Source: an uncultured virus (IMG/VR IMGVR_UViG_3300037483_000303) (taxonomy: Duplodnaviria > Heunggongvirae > Uroviricota > Caudoviricetes). Taken from it: a DNA stretch of 64,000 bases. The notes under the pieces are model-generated. The model made no database searches, was not told the DNA's origin, and saw only the letters and a program-made list of their open reading frames with translations. The DNA is taken from IMG/VR virus record IMGVR_UViG_3300037483_000303. The stretch is one strand, 5' to 3'. Shown piece by piece: positions 46,893-54,855 of this stretch (position 1 is the stretch's first letter; each line of letters starts with the position of its first letter). The translations under genes were made by a program, and so were the position numbers.

Positions 46893-48751
46893 TGAGTGAT
46901 AAACCCGTTATCGAATTTCACGGACTCTATAAAGAGCGTTGGGGTGACCTAATTTCTCCCTCTGCAATTTCTCACCCTGCTAAGTTTTCTCATGGCCTTA
47001 TCCGTCGCATTTACGAATATGCACTGGAGCAAGGATACGTCAAGCCAAATAACAAAATTCTGGACCCCTTTGGTGGCGTGGGCCTCGGCAGTTTCTATTG
47101 TGCTATGAACGGAATGGCATGGGATGGCTGCGAATTGGAGCCGAGTTTCGTTACACTTGGATATAAAAACTTCTTACTATGGGCAGAAAGGTTTTGGTGT
47201 ACCTGTGAAAGTGAATCTTACTTGTATCTATTGCGGGATTATATTCGAGAGAGAGAAAAGCGAAGCGAACCGGAAACGAAAGAGCAAGACCGGTCCATTT
47301 TGCAGCCGGAAGTGCAAAAACAGTTATCACTTTTTGGGGAAGAAGTTATCACCAGAACGAATCCAATTGATGAAGGAACCGGCCAGGACAACACTCAGGA
47401 AGTGCAATCAGGAATTTCTGGGCAACCGTACGATGAATCTTTGCAGCGACTTGTGCAAGAAACAAAGGCGCAGAGAATACGGGCGCAGGCGAAGAGAGAG
47501 GATGAAGGCACTTTTTGTAAACAATGTGGTAAAGTAATAGTTCAGTTTCCAATACTTTATCAAGGCGATTCGCGTCACCTGGCTAGTATCCTGGCTCAGC
47601 AGGTAGAGTCGTTAGTAAGCTCGCCGCCATATGTTGAAAGTTTACATCTCAATGAATCACGTGAAAAAGAATTAGAGCGAATGAAACAGCGGGGCCTTGA
47701 GTCGACTATAGCTAAGGCGTCTCGCGATGGTTCTTTTAGAGGCGATGCGAATAAAGGTTATAGCTCAACCCTCGCCCAACTTGGCAATATGCCAGTCGGT
47801 GACCTGGCCGACGCGCTTCTGGCCTCACCACCGTATATTGACAGCATTGACCATGCACCCGGCAACAAAAATTGGACAGGAGCTATACCTGGTAACATCA
47901 AACAAAGCGAGTATGGACAAGCTGATAATCAACTAGGCTCACTCCCATCTGGCAATCTGGACGCGCTAATTAGCTCCTCCCCATTTGCCGACTCCATCGG
48001 CTCCGATGACCCCGATAAACGCGGGGGACTCTATCGGGACGAGCGTCGCCGCAATGACAAGAATCTAACGGGCAGTTATAGGACCAGTCGAGGGCAATTG
48101 GGGACGATGAAGGATGAGGGGTTTGACGATGCACTGCAAGCCGATGGACTGATAGGGTCGCCGCCGTATTCTAACGCGCCTGTTACATCATACGATAGCA
48201 ACCAAATGGGAGAGGACTTTAGATTGACTGGCAAAACACCCCGACAAAGGACAGGAGGCAAATTACCATCTGAACAGTATAATATAGATAACCCCAACCA
48301 GCTTGCCAACCTACCCGATAAGGGATTCGATATGTCGGTATCTAGCCCCTCCTTCGCCGGTAACACTGGCGGTCGTGGCGAAGCCTCGCGCAACGGCATT
48401 GACCCGGCGCTATTTGACCGGTCATCAGGTGGGATGAAAAAAGGGACGGGGGATAGTAGCGAGAATCTGGATCATTTGAGTATGACAGGGTTTGAGGCAT
48501 CAGTAAGTAGCCCAGGGTTTGGTGGTTCTGAGATAAGCGATAATCGAAAAACGATAAATGAGACTATAAAAGCACGTGGAACGGCCGTGGTAAATGGTTG
48601 GGGCACTTACTCCAAAGATAACGTATCAGCACAATCCGGGCAAACATTTTGGGCTGCGAGTAAAGAGATATTATTGCAATGCTGGCAGTTGCTCAAAAGC
48701 GGAGGCGAATCCGTACCAGATAATGAGGATATAGATTTTTGCGACTGTTGA
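46892..48751 (+). CDS. N4C/N6A-type DNA methyltransferase, N-terminal part with repeated SPPY modules
   Basis: HPAKF, ILDPFGGVG, ELE, GDSR, six SPPY-like repeats; ends LKSGG...FCDC*. Confidence 0.75.
   Translation: MSDKPVIEFHGLYKERWGDLISPSAISHPAKFSHGLIRRIYEYALEQGYVKPNNKILDPFGGVGLGSFYCAMNGMAWDGCELEPSFVTLGYKNFLLWAERFWCTCESESYLYLLRDYIREREKRSEPETKEQDRSILQPEVQKQLSLFGEEVITRTNPIDEGTGQDNTQEVQSGISGQPYDESLQRLVQETKAQRIRAQAKREDEGTFCKQCGKVIVQFPILYQGDSRHLASILAQQVESLVSSPPYVESLHLNESREKELERMKQRGLESTIAKASRDGSFRGDANKGYSSTLAQLGNMPVGDLADALLASPPYIDSIDHAPGNKNWTGAIPGNIKQSEYGQADNQLGSLPSGNLDALISSSPFADSIGSDDPDKRGGLYRDERRRNDKNLTGSYRTSRGQLGTMKDEGFDDALQADGLIGSPPYSNAPVTSYDSNQMGEDFRLTGKTPRQRTGGKLPSEQYNIDNPNQLANLPDKGFDMSVSSPSFAGNTGGRGEASRNGIDPALFDRSSGGMKKGTGDSSENLDHLSMTGFEASVSSPGFGGSEISDNRKTINETIKARGTAVVNGWGTYSKDNVSAQSGQTFWAASKEILLQCWQLLKSGGESVPDNEDIDFCDC
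47205..47537 (+). CDS. Nested alternative-frame zinc-finger ORF inside the MTase gene
   Basis: CIYCG..F...FCSRKC...CSDLC; start uncertain (47124 ATG or 47205 GTG). Confidence 0.55.
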   Translation: MKVNLTCIYCGIIFEREKSEANRKRKSKTGPFCSRKCKNSYHFLGKKLSPERIQLMKEPARTTLRKCNQEFLGNRTMNLCSDLCKKQRRREYGRRRRERMKALFVNNVVK

Positions 48752-48806
48752 ATTTTGTTTTTAGGTAACAGTCTGGTATAATACCTAGATACAAAAGGAG
48801 GCAGTT

Positions 48807-49718
48807 ATGAATATCAATTGGGACTATGTAGCGGGCTTTACTGATGGTGAAGGATACTTAGGAGTTATTGGGAAAGGCCCTAGAATTGTTTGGGGACAGA
48901 AAGACAAGCATCAACTTGAAGTTATAAGAGATTTCTTTATAGCTGAGGGTCTACATCCCAACTTGACTGTTAGAAGAACTAGAAATAAACAACCGAATCC
49001 AATTTGGCTACTAAGTCTAACGAGACGTGCTGAGGTTCTATATTCTGTCGAGATACTAGAAAATAAGCTAGTCCTAAAAATACCTCAGTGTGAAACTATC
49101 AAAAAATGGGCAAGCGAACACCCTACAAGAAATGCCAATATGCTACCTGTAGACCCAATTAGATTCAATGAATTGTATCAAGAGGGATATACTCAGGTCA
49201 GTATTGGAAAAATAATGGGTCACTCTCCAAGTGTCATATACAAGTTTGTTAAAGAGAATGATTTTAACTTCAAGGTCGGTGGAGGATCAAGAATAGTTGA
49301 TGGTAAGAGATTACCAGCTATGACAGATCGAGAACGCATACTACATCGAAGAAGGAAAGAGAAGGTTGGCATTTGCCCTAAATGTGGCAACCTTATGTAC
49401 AAAGCAAGCAAACAGTGTAGAGCCTGTTCAAATAAGAATCGTATCAAGCGCGGGAAAAAAGATAGAATAAATGTCAACTGTGGTACTTGTGGGAAACCTC
49501 TACAAAAATTAGAAAGTCAATTAAAGCATTATCCACTGTCATTTTGTGATAAAAATTGTCGGGCAAAATACCGAATCAACGATTGGTCAAAGAGATTTGA
49601 CTGTTGCATAGATTGCGGAACAACCTCAGTTAAACACATAGCAAAAGGGAGATGTAAAGCATGTCACAACAAATGGTATTGGCACACACTCAGAAAAAAG
49701 TCATTATCAAAAACGTAG
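48807..49718 (+). CDS. LAGLIDADG homing endonuclease with HTH and Zn-finger tail
   Basis: WDYVAGFTDGEG; own TGgTATAAT (48774-48782) and AAGGAGG RBS. Confidence 0.88.
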   Translation: MNINWDYVAGFTDGEGYLGVIGKGPRIVWGQKDKHQLEVIRDFFIAEGLHPNLTVRRTRNKQPNPIWLLSLTRRAEVLYSVEILENKLVLKIPQCETIKKWASEHPTRNANMLPVDPIRFNELYQEGYTQVSIGKIMGHSPSVIYKFVKENDFNFKVGGGSRIVDGKRLPAMTDRERILHRRRKEKVGICPKCGNLMYKASKQCRACSNKNRIKRGKKDRINVNCGTCGKPLQKLESQLKHYPLSFCDKNCRAKYRINDWSKRFDCCIDCGTTSVKHIAKGRCKACHNKWYWHTLRKKSLSKT

Positions 49719-50053
49719 AGTATGAGGTCTGTGAGTGCTGCAACAAACCTAAGCGCGGGACCGGCAAAAGTTTAGGCGCTGTATCTATGTGGGTGGTGAA
49801 AAATTATGTCAAGTCTGGCCGCATCGTGGATTTTGTGGATCAATGGCGTATGTTGTGCGAGGCTTGCGGATTCGAGCACATAGAGACAATCATAGCCTGG
49901 CAGGTAGAACACAAGCCGGGTCAATACGATACCGATGGTGAGCTAAAAAGTAAGATTATCCGTCGTCAGTCGTTCTTTAGAATCCTTGCGATTAAGAACA
50001 ATCCAGAGACAGCCATTGACTATGAGTGTGTCCTGGTAATGCGTAAAAAGTAG
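49661..50053 (+). CDS. C-terminal part of the split DNA methyltransferase
   Basis: CECC then AVSMWVVKNYVKSGRIVDF...CEACGF, the expected continuation after LKxGG. Confidence 0.65.
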   Translation: MSQQMVLAHTQKKVIIKNVEYEVCECCNKPKRGTGKSLGAVSMWVVKNYVKSGRIVDFVDQWRMLCEACGFEHIETIIAWQVEHKPGQYDTDGELKSKIIRRQSFFRILAIKNNPETAIDYECVLVMRKK

Positions 50054-50083
50054 CATCCAACCCGGTAGAATTAGCCAAGAAAG

Positions 50084-50181
50084 GAAACTCCCCAAGAGTC
50101 GGCCTGCCGGTTTAGATGAGGGGGTGGCGGTGCTCAGGAGTCGTGGGGCAAACGATGATAGGCCGCTACCCCTTTTTTAAT
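50084..50181 (+). ncRNA. Structured cis-regulatory element, copy 1
   Basis: GAAACTCCCC..GCCGGTT..ATGAGGGG..GCGGTGCTCAGGAGTCGTGGG..CAAACGA..GCCGC..CCCCTTTTTT. Confidence 0.6.
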
Positions 50182-50185
50182 AAAA

Positions 50186-50422
50186 ATGAAATGTAAAATT
50201 TGCTTAAGTAATACTGCGGTAATAGATAGCAGGTCAAAAAATGATACGGTAGTCCGATGGAGAAAGTGTTTGAGTTGTGGATTTAAATTCCAAACATATG
50301 AAAGCTCCATTCTCACCATACCAGAGGATGATATAGCTCATAAGGTCAAGCTACTAAAAAGGCGGATGAATAGAGAGTTTGATAAAATTATGGATGATAT
50401 ACTAAAAGGAAATTTGAGCTAA
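50186..50422 (+). CDS. NrdR-like N-terminal zinc ribbon protein
   Basis: MKCKIC..TAVIDSR..RWRKCLSCGFKFQTYE. Confidence 0.7.
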   Translation: MKCKICLSNTAVIDSRSKNDTVVRWRKCLSCGFKFQTYESSILTIPEDDIAHKVKLLKRRMNREFDKIMDDILKGNLS

Positions 50423-50430
50423 TGAAATGA

Positions 50431-50523
50431 GAAACTCCCCTGGTGGCAATGCCGGTTGAATGAGGGGTAGCGGTGCTCAGGAGTCGTGGGCAAACGACTA
50501 AAAGCCGCCGCCCCTTTTTTAAT
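50431..50523 (+). ncRNA. Structured cis-regulatory element, copy 2
   Basis: Diverged direct repeat of 50084-50181. Confidence 0.6.
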
Positions 50524-51097
50524 GGAGATAAAAGCGGAAAGGAATTATATAATGTCAGAAAAGTACATCGAACTAAATTCAGATGGCCGAATCCATTGCT
50601 TTATCGAAGTCAACGACAATAACTATGCAGATTACTATGATGTTGACTGGAGTCTTCGTGATGGTTGTTATTACTGCCATCTGTCTGGTGGTGGCCCGTT
50701 TGAGATGAAAAAGGAGTTTGTCATGGTGGGGAATGAGTTCGACATTTGGACCATCGCTGGAGATGCGAATGTTGAATATTGCGGCAAATGCAAAAGCAAT
50801 ATTTCAACAGATAATCTCTGTAAACATATTTGGTGGAGCAATAAGATAGAATGGTGGTCAACGCCAGATGATAGAAAGCGAAAGGTGTTGGCAATATGAG
50901 AATCCTAACACCCGCTGAAAGCGCGAGATTGAGAAAAGACGGAAAGACATTATCAATATAGGCAATTACACGGGGAATAATGCCATAAAGATGGCCATAA
51001 CAATCACGCCAAAAAATAGCCAGTTCTGGCTAAACATCCTTGATTTAGCTTTGGGGCAAAACGAGGATATGCAATTGCCCTTTTTAAGTGAGGTGTA

Positions 51098-51907
51098 ATG
51101 TACAAATTGATACATGGCGATTGCCTGGAAGAAATGGATAGAATCGAGTCGGGGTCGGTTGATATGATTTTAGCCGATTTGCCGTATCAGACTACGGCCT
51201 GCGAGTGGGATTTATCAATCCCACTCATATCGCTATGGAGTCAATACAAACGGGTAATTAAAGCTAGTGGAGTGATTGCCTTAACGTCTGATGAGCCATT
51301 TACTAGCATCTTGATTATGAACGATTTGCAGCTATTCAAATACAAGTGGATTTGGAAAAAAACACGTCCCACCGGATTCTTAGATGCAAACGAGAAGCCA
51401 CTTGACGATTATGAGGAAGTGATTATATTTTACTCTATTCAGCCGACGTACAACCCCCAACGATGGAAAGGGAATCCTAACCATGTTAAACATGGCAAGG
51501 GAGTCTTGATTAACCGGTCAAAGATTTACAATGGCAAAAATAGAGAAATTGTTATGTACCAGACTGAGGACAAGTATCCACGAAAGGTTATTGAGATTCC
51601 TTCACTGAATCCCGCTCAAAAATCGTTACACCCAACCCAAAAGCCCGTTGCCCTTCTCTCCTATCTTATTAAAACCTACACCAACGAAGGCGAGACAGTT
51701 TTAGATAATACAATGGGCAGCGGCTCAACCGGCGAGGCTTGTCTAGTAACCAACCGTCAATTCATTGGTATAGAATTAGATAAGAGTTACTTTGACATTG
51801 CAACCCAACGCCTTGCCCGTGTAGCCGCCGAATTGCGCGGTGAGTATATGCCAAAAGTAGCAACCAAGATGCTTGACGATTTACCTATGTTTAAGGGGTT
51901 AAAATGA
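51098..51907 (+). CDS. N4/N6 DNA methyltransferase (beta class)
   Basis: GDCLE, ADLPY, HPTQKP, LDNTMGSGST. Confidence 0.92.
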   Translation: MYKLIHGDCLEEMDRIESGSVDMILADLPYQTTACEWDLSIPLISLWSQYKRVIKASGVIALTSDEPFTSILIMNDLQLFKYKWIWKKTRPTGFLDANEKPLDDYEEVIIFYSIQPTYNPQRWKGNPNHVKHGKGVLINRSKIYNGKNREIVMYQTEDKYPRKVIEIPSLNPAQKSLHPTQKPVALLSYLIKTYTNEGETVLDNTMGSGSTGEACLVTNRQFIGIELDKSYFDIATQRLARVAAELRGEYMPKVATKMLDDLPMFKGLK

Positions 51908-52124
51908 CAACCCTTGACAGTGAAGAAAACACTGCTGCATCCATAGCCCGTCTACTTGCCCTGTCACCCGATGCCGACCATCTCAAGGCGTTGCTTGACG
52001 AGGTTTACTGCGCGGAGCGATACAAGATCAAGCAGACTGGTAAAATGCAGCGGGGGGTAATGTCGGTGACGGAGTTGATTAAAAAGGTTAATCAAGTAAC
52101 TCACGTTTGATTAACCGGTGGCAA

Positions 52125-52511
52125 TCAAAGGTACTTTTGCTTGATGTCGGCTATTACTGCCTCGACAATGTAAACCATAACAATCCTTAATTGAGTCAGC
52201 GTCATGGCCGATATTTGTGCCTCGCGTTGGGCTGGTGTCAAGTCACGGATGAAGGCAGTGACGGCGGGATGGCTGGCATAAAACGTTTTTGCAATGGGCT
52301 GCGCCTCGGCTATTTCTAATGCTCGTGCATCCCGTGCTGGTTGGCCTGCTTCCCACACTGCCCAGGCCGCATCAATCTCCGCTGGCGTTGGCTGTGGGTC
52401 GGGTAGGTTCCACTGTGCAATAAATTGGCCCGCGCCGTCATCCTGGATAATGTAATCCTTAAGCGGGTTGGCATCCAGGAACAATTCACGAATTGCAATT
52501 GACAAAATCAT
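52125..52511 (-). CDS. XkdW-like tail fibre-associated protein
   Basis: DYIIQDDGAGQFIAQWNL..PQPT; follows the fibre gene. Confidence 0.7.
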   Translation of the reverse strand: MILSIAIRELFLDANPLKDYIIQDDGAGQFIAQWNLPDPQPTPAEIDAAWAVWEAGQPARDARALEIAEAQPIAKTFYASHPAVTAFIRDLTPAQREAQISAMTLTQLRIVMVYIVEAVIADIKQKYL

Positions 52512-52516
52512 TTTAC

Positions 52517-53677
52517 CTACCTCCCCAGGAAAAACCCTGTCCAGCTTGTCACTGCGGGGTTACCGGATATCGTCTGATCTGATCCAGCAAAGTGATAGGT
52601 ATAAATTTCAAAATAATCAGATGAACCGTTAGCTTCCATAATGATATTCCCCCGAATTTGAATCGCCCCCGTACCGCTGGTTTGGGTCGGCAACTCTGCC
52701 ACATTAGCCCCATTTTTGTAAACGAACGCATAGACCAACGATTGATCTATAGCGGCATTATAATAAAGTTTGATGTCAAAAAAATACTTGCCAGCCAAAA
52801 GGGGGGTATACTTGTCAGAGGCAAACCAGCCATGCGTGTCATAAGCCTCGGCTGACCACGTTACTTTCGTAAATGTAACGGTTACAATGCCGGTCTGATC
52901 AGTAGAGTTTTTATTAACGCTAAATGAAGGAGGGGTCCAGAGTAATTGGCTCAGTCCTACGGCAATAAACTGTCCGCTAGTGCCGTAATACCACCCCTGC
53001 ACTGCCCCGGCGTTTATCTCGATTCCACCACCTAACAACTTGACCCCGCGCAACTCGACCACTGTTGAGGCGTGACCTGTATAAATATCTTTCGTGTCGC
53101 CAGTGATTTCCCCGCCTTCAACTGCCAGCGTGATTGCAGCCAGTGAGTTTTGCATACCGTATTTAGTCGTGCCACTGGTACATGTGATCTTGGTCCCGTT
53201 GATAAACCGATGGCCTGTACCCGCATATGCCCACACACCATAGCCCGTTGTCGGTGCGCCGCTGGTCTTTTCGACTATACAGTTGTCTAGCGTGAAATTA
53301 TTGGCGTTTACCTGAAAAACGCCTGACGCTGTACCTGCTCCGGTATGCCTGATCGTGCAATTGCGAAAAGTGATATTAGCGGCATTTATAAAAAATGCTG
53401 TACTATTGGTGATGTTGCTCGTGATAACTGTCCCGGGCCCCCGACCTTCAATGGTCAACCCGATGTCGGCTAGAGTCTCCATAGCTGTCAGAGAGTATGT
53501 TTCGGCATCAAGTAATATGACATCACCCGCTGCGGCGGCGGCATTAGCTAAAGGCAATGTAGTATAATCAGCATCGGGGTCGGTGCTAGAAACGGTTAAT
53601 ATGTGGGCAAAGGGCCAACCACCTGCCGCTTTATTATCAATTGCGCCGGTTATCCTGAGTCCTAATAAATCAGCCAT
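52517..53677 (-). CDS. Tail fibre/receptor-binding protein (beta-helix plus C1q-like C-terminus)
   Basis: AGDVILL..G.G..TVI beta-helix; FSV...YTP..AGKYFF...DYFEIY. Confidence 0.7.
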   Translation of the reverse strand: MADLLGLRITGAIDNKAAGGWPFAHILTVSSTDPDADYTTLPLANAAAAAGDVILLDAETYSLTAMETLADIGLTIEGRGPGTVITSNITNSTAFFINAANITFRNCTIRHTGAGTASGVFQVNANNFTLDNCIVEKTSGAPTTGYGVWAYAGTGHRFINGTKITCTSGTTKYGMQNSLAAITLAVEGGEITGDTKDIYTGHASTVVELRGVKLLGGGIEINAGAVQGWYYGTSGQFIAVGLSQLLWTPPSFSVNKNSTDQTGIVTVTFTKVTWSAEAYDTHGWFASDKYTPLLAGKYFFDIKLYYNAAIDQSLVYAFVYKNGANVAELPTQTSGTGAIQIRGNIIMEANGSSDYFEIYTYHFAGSDQTISGNPAVTSWTGFFLGR

Positions 53678-53679
53678 AG

Positions 53680-54045
53680 TTATGCCGTGATTTGGTGAAT
53701 ATAGCCATTGACTTCAATAACATTCGCTGCACTGCCAAAGCCGCGCACGACCAGCCCGTTTTGTAATAACCAGCCGGGTATGACCAGATACGCACCCTTT
53801 AGAGCTTCTAAATCAATCTCAATCAGGTCATCAGGCGAGGCCACGCCGCCGTATTCTATGGTCAGAGTGCGAGTGACGGTATCGGTATTAGTAGCGAATA
53901 TGTAAATCTCATCCCAGTTAGTTGTACCGGATACAGCGGTGTGTAAAAGTGTTCCGGCTGTCGCCGTAGCCACGATTTTTATGTTCTTACCATTAGTGGA
54001 CCCGCTTAACTTGGTTTTGGTAAATGTTGTCATAGCGCCTCGCAT
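53680..54045 (-). CDS. Small structural protein
   Basis: Located in the tail operon; beta-rich. Confidence 0.6.
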   Translation of the reverse strand: MRGAMTTFTKTKLSGSTNGKNIKIVATATAGTLLHTAVSGTTNWDEIYIFATNTDTVTRTLTIEYGGVASPDDLIEIDLEALKGAYLVIPGWLLQNGLVVRGFGSAANVIEVNGYIHQITA

Positions 54046-54057
54046 CCCCCTGGGGGA

Positions 54058-54855
54058 TTAGTTGAATACCCTGATCCTGATAATATCCTCATTCCCCGCC
54101 CCTGATTGCTCATCGCCCCATAACATGCGCCGGTCAAGAATGTCATTATCCGCATCCTCATCTCTGCTGAAAATAATAGAGGTCTGGGGGTTGGCGATAC
54201 GGACTACTGATAACCGAAACGCGCCAGCCGGCCATGTCGGTTCAGGCGGAGTGGTAGCCAGAATAACGGCTGTACCGCTAACAGTCAAAAGCGTATTTGT
54301 TGCATCGATATACAGACCGACATAACGGTGCTCGCCGCTGGCTGGCTGAGCACTGGATAGATCAATATTAAATTGATTGAGCAGTGTTTTACGAGTACCA
54401 GCATAGGGATAATCGCCGCCGACCACGTTGACTACCAGGCCGGTAGTATTGGGGAATGTTGCCAGAGGTAGCAAGGCTTTGGAGTAGAGCCACATCATCA
54501 GGCGGCCACCGGGCTGCAAGTCGTGGGCTGCAACGGCCTGATAATTGCGATTATCCGTCGCCGTTTGCCTGAGTAGCGGGTCATCCTCTAGCACCTGCCA
54601 TTCTAGATTATCGTCAGTTTTGCCAATATAAACACCAAGTCCAAGTTCCGGCACTACCTTCTCACATCGCGCTCGACCTACTCCGCCGGAGCCAAAGAAT
54701 TGAAAATACACCCGCTTGTTATTTTCATCGGCCCACACATCGCCGGTAGTACGCGAGCCATCCGAGGCGCACAGGACAGCCCGGTAACGTGGCCGGGCAT
54801 CCTGTTTGGTGGCCTGTTGTTGCTGGCGCTTTAGTAAAACGTCTCGCTCTATCAT
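54058..54855 (-). CDS. Minor tail protein
   Basis: Position in the tail operon. Confidence 0.6.
   Translation of the reverse strand: MIERDVLLKRQQQQATKQDARPRYRAVLCASDGSRTTGDVWADENNKRVYFQFFGSGGVGRARCEKVVPELGLGVYIGKTDDNLEWQVLEDDPLLRQTATDNRNYQAVAAHDLQPGGRLMMWLYSKALLPLATFPNTTGLVVNVVGGDYPYAGTRKTLLNQFNIDLSSAQPASGEHRYVGLYIDATNTLLTVSGTAVILATTPPEPTWPAGAFRLSVVRIANPQTSIIFSRDEDADNDILDRRMLWGDEQSGAGNEDIIRIRVFN

Noticed and set aside
48751..49720. Group I intron or intein around the LAGLIDADG gene
   Set aside because: Only 55 non-coding nt, taken up by a promoter and RBS; in-frame stop and no Cys/Ser...His-Asn termini. Splicing is not formally excluded without RT-PCR
50084..50523. c-di-GMP-I riboswitch suggested by GGGCAAAC
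   Set aside because: Lacks the GNRA tetraloop/receptor two-stem arrangement
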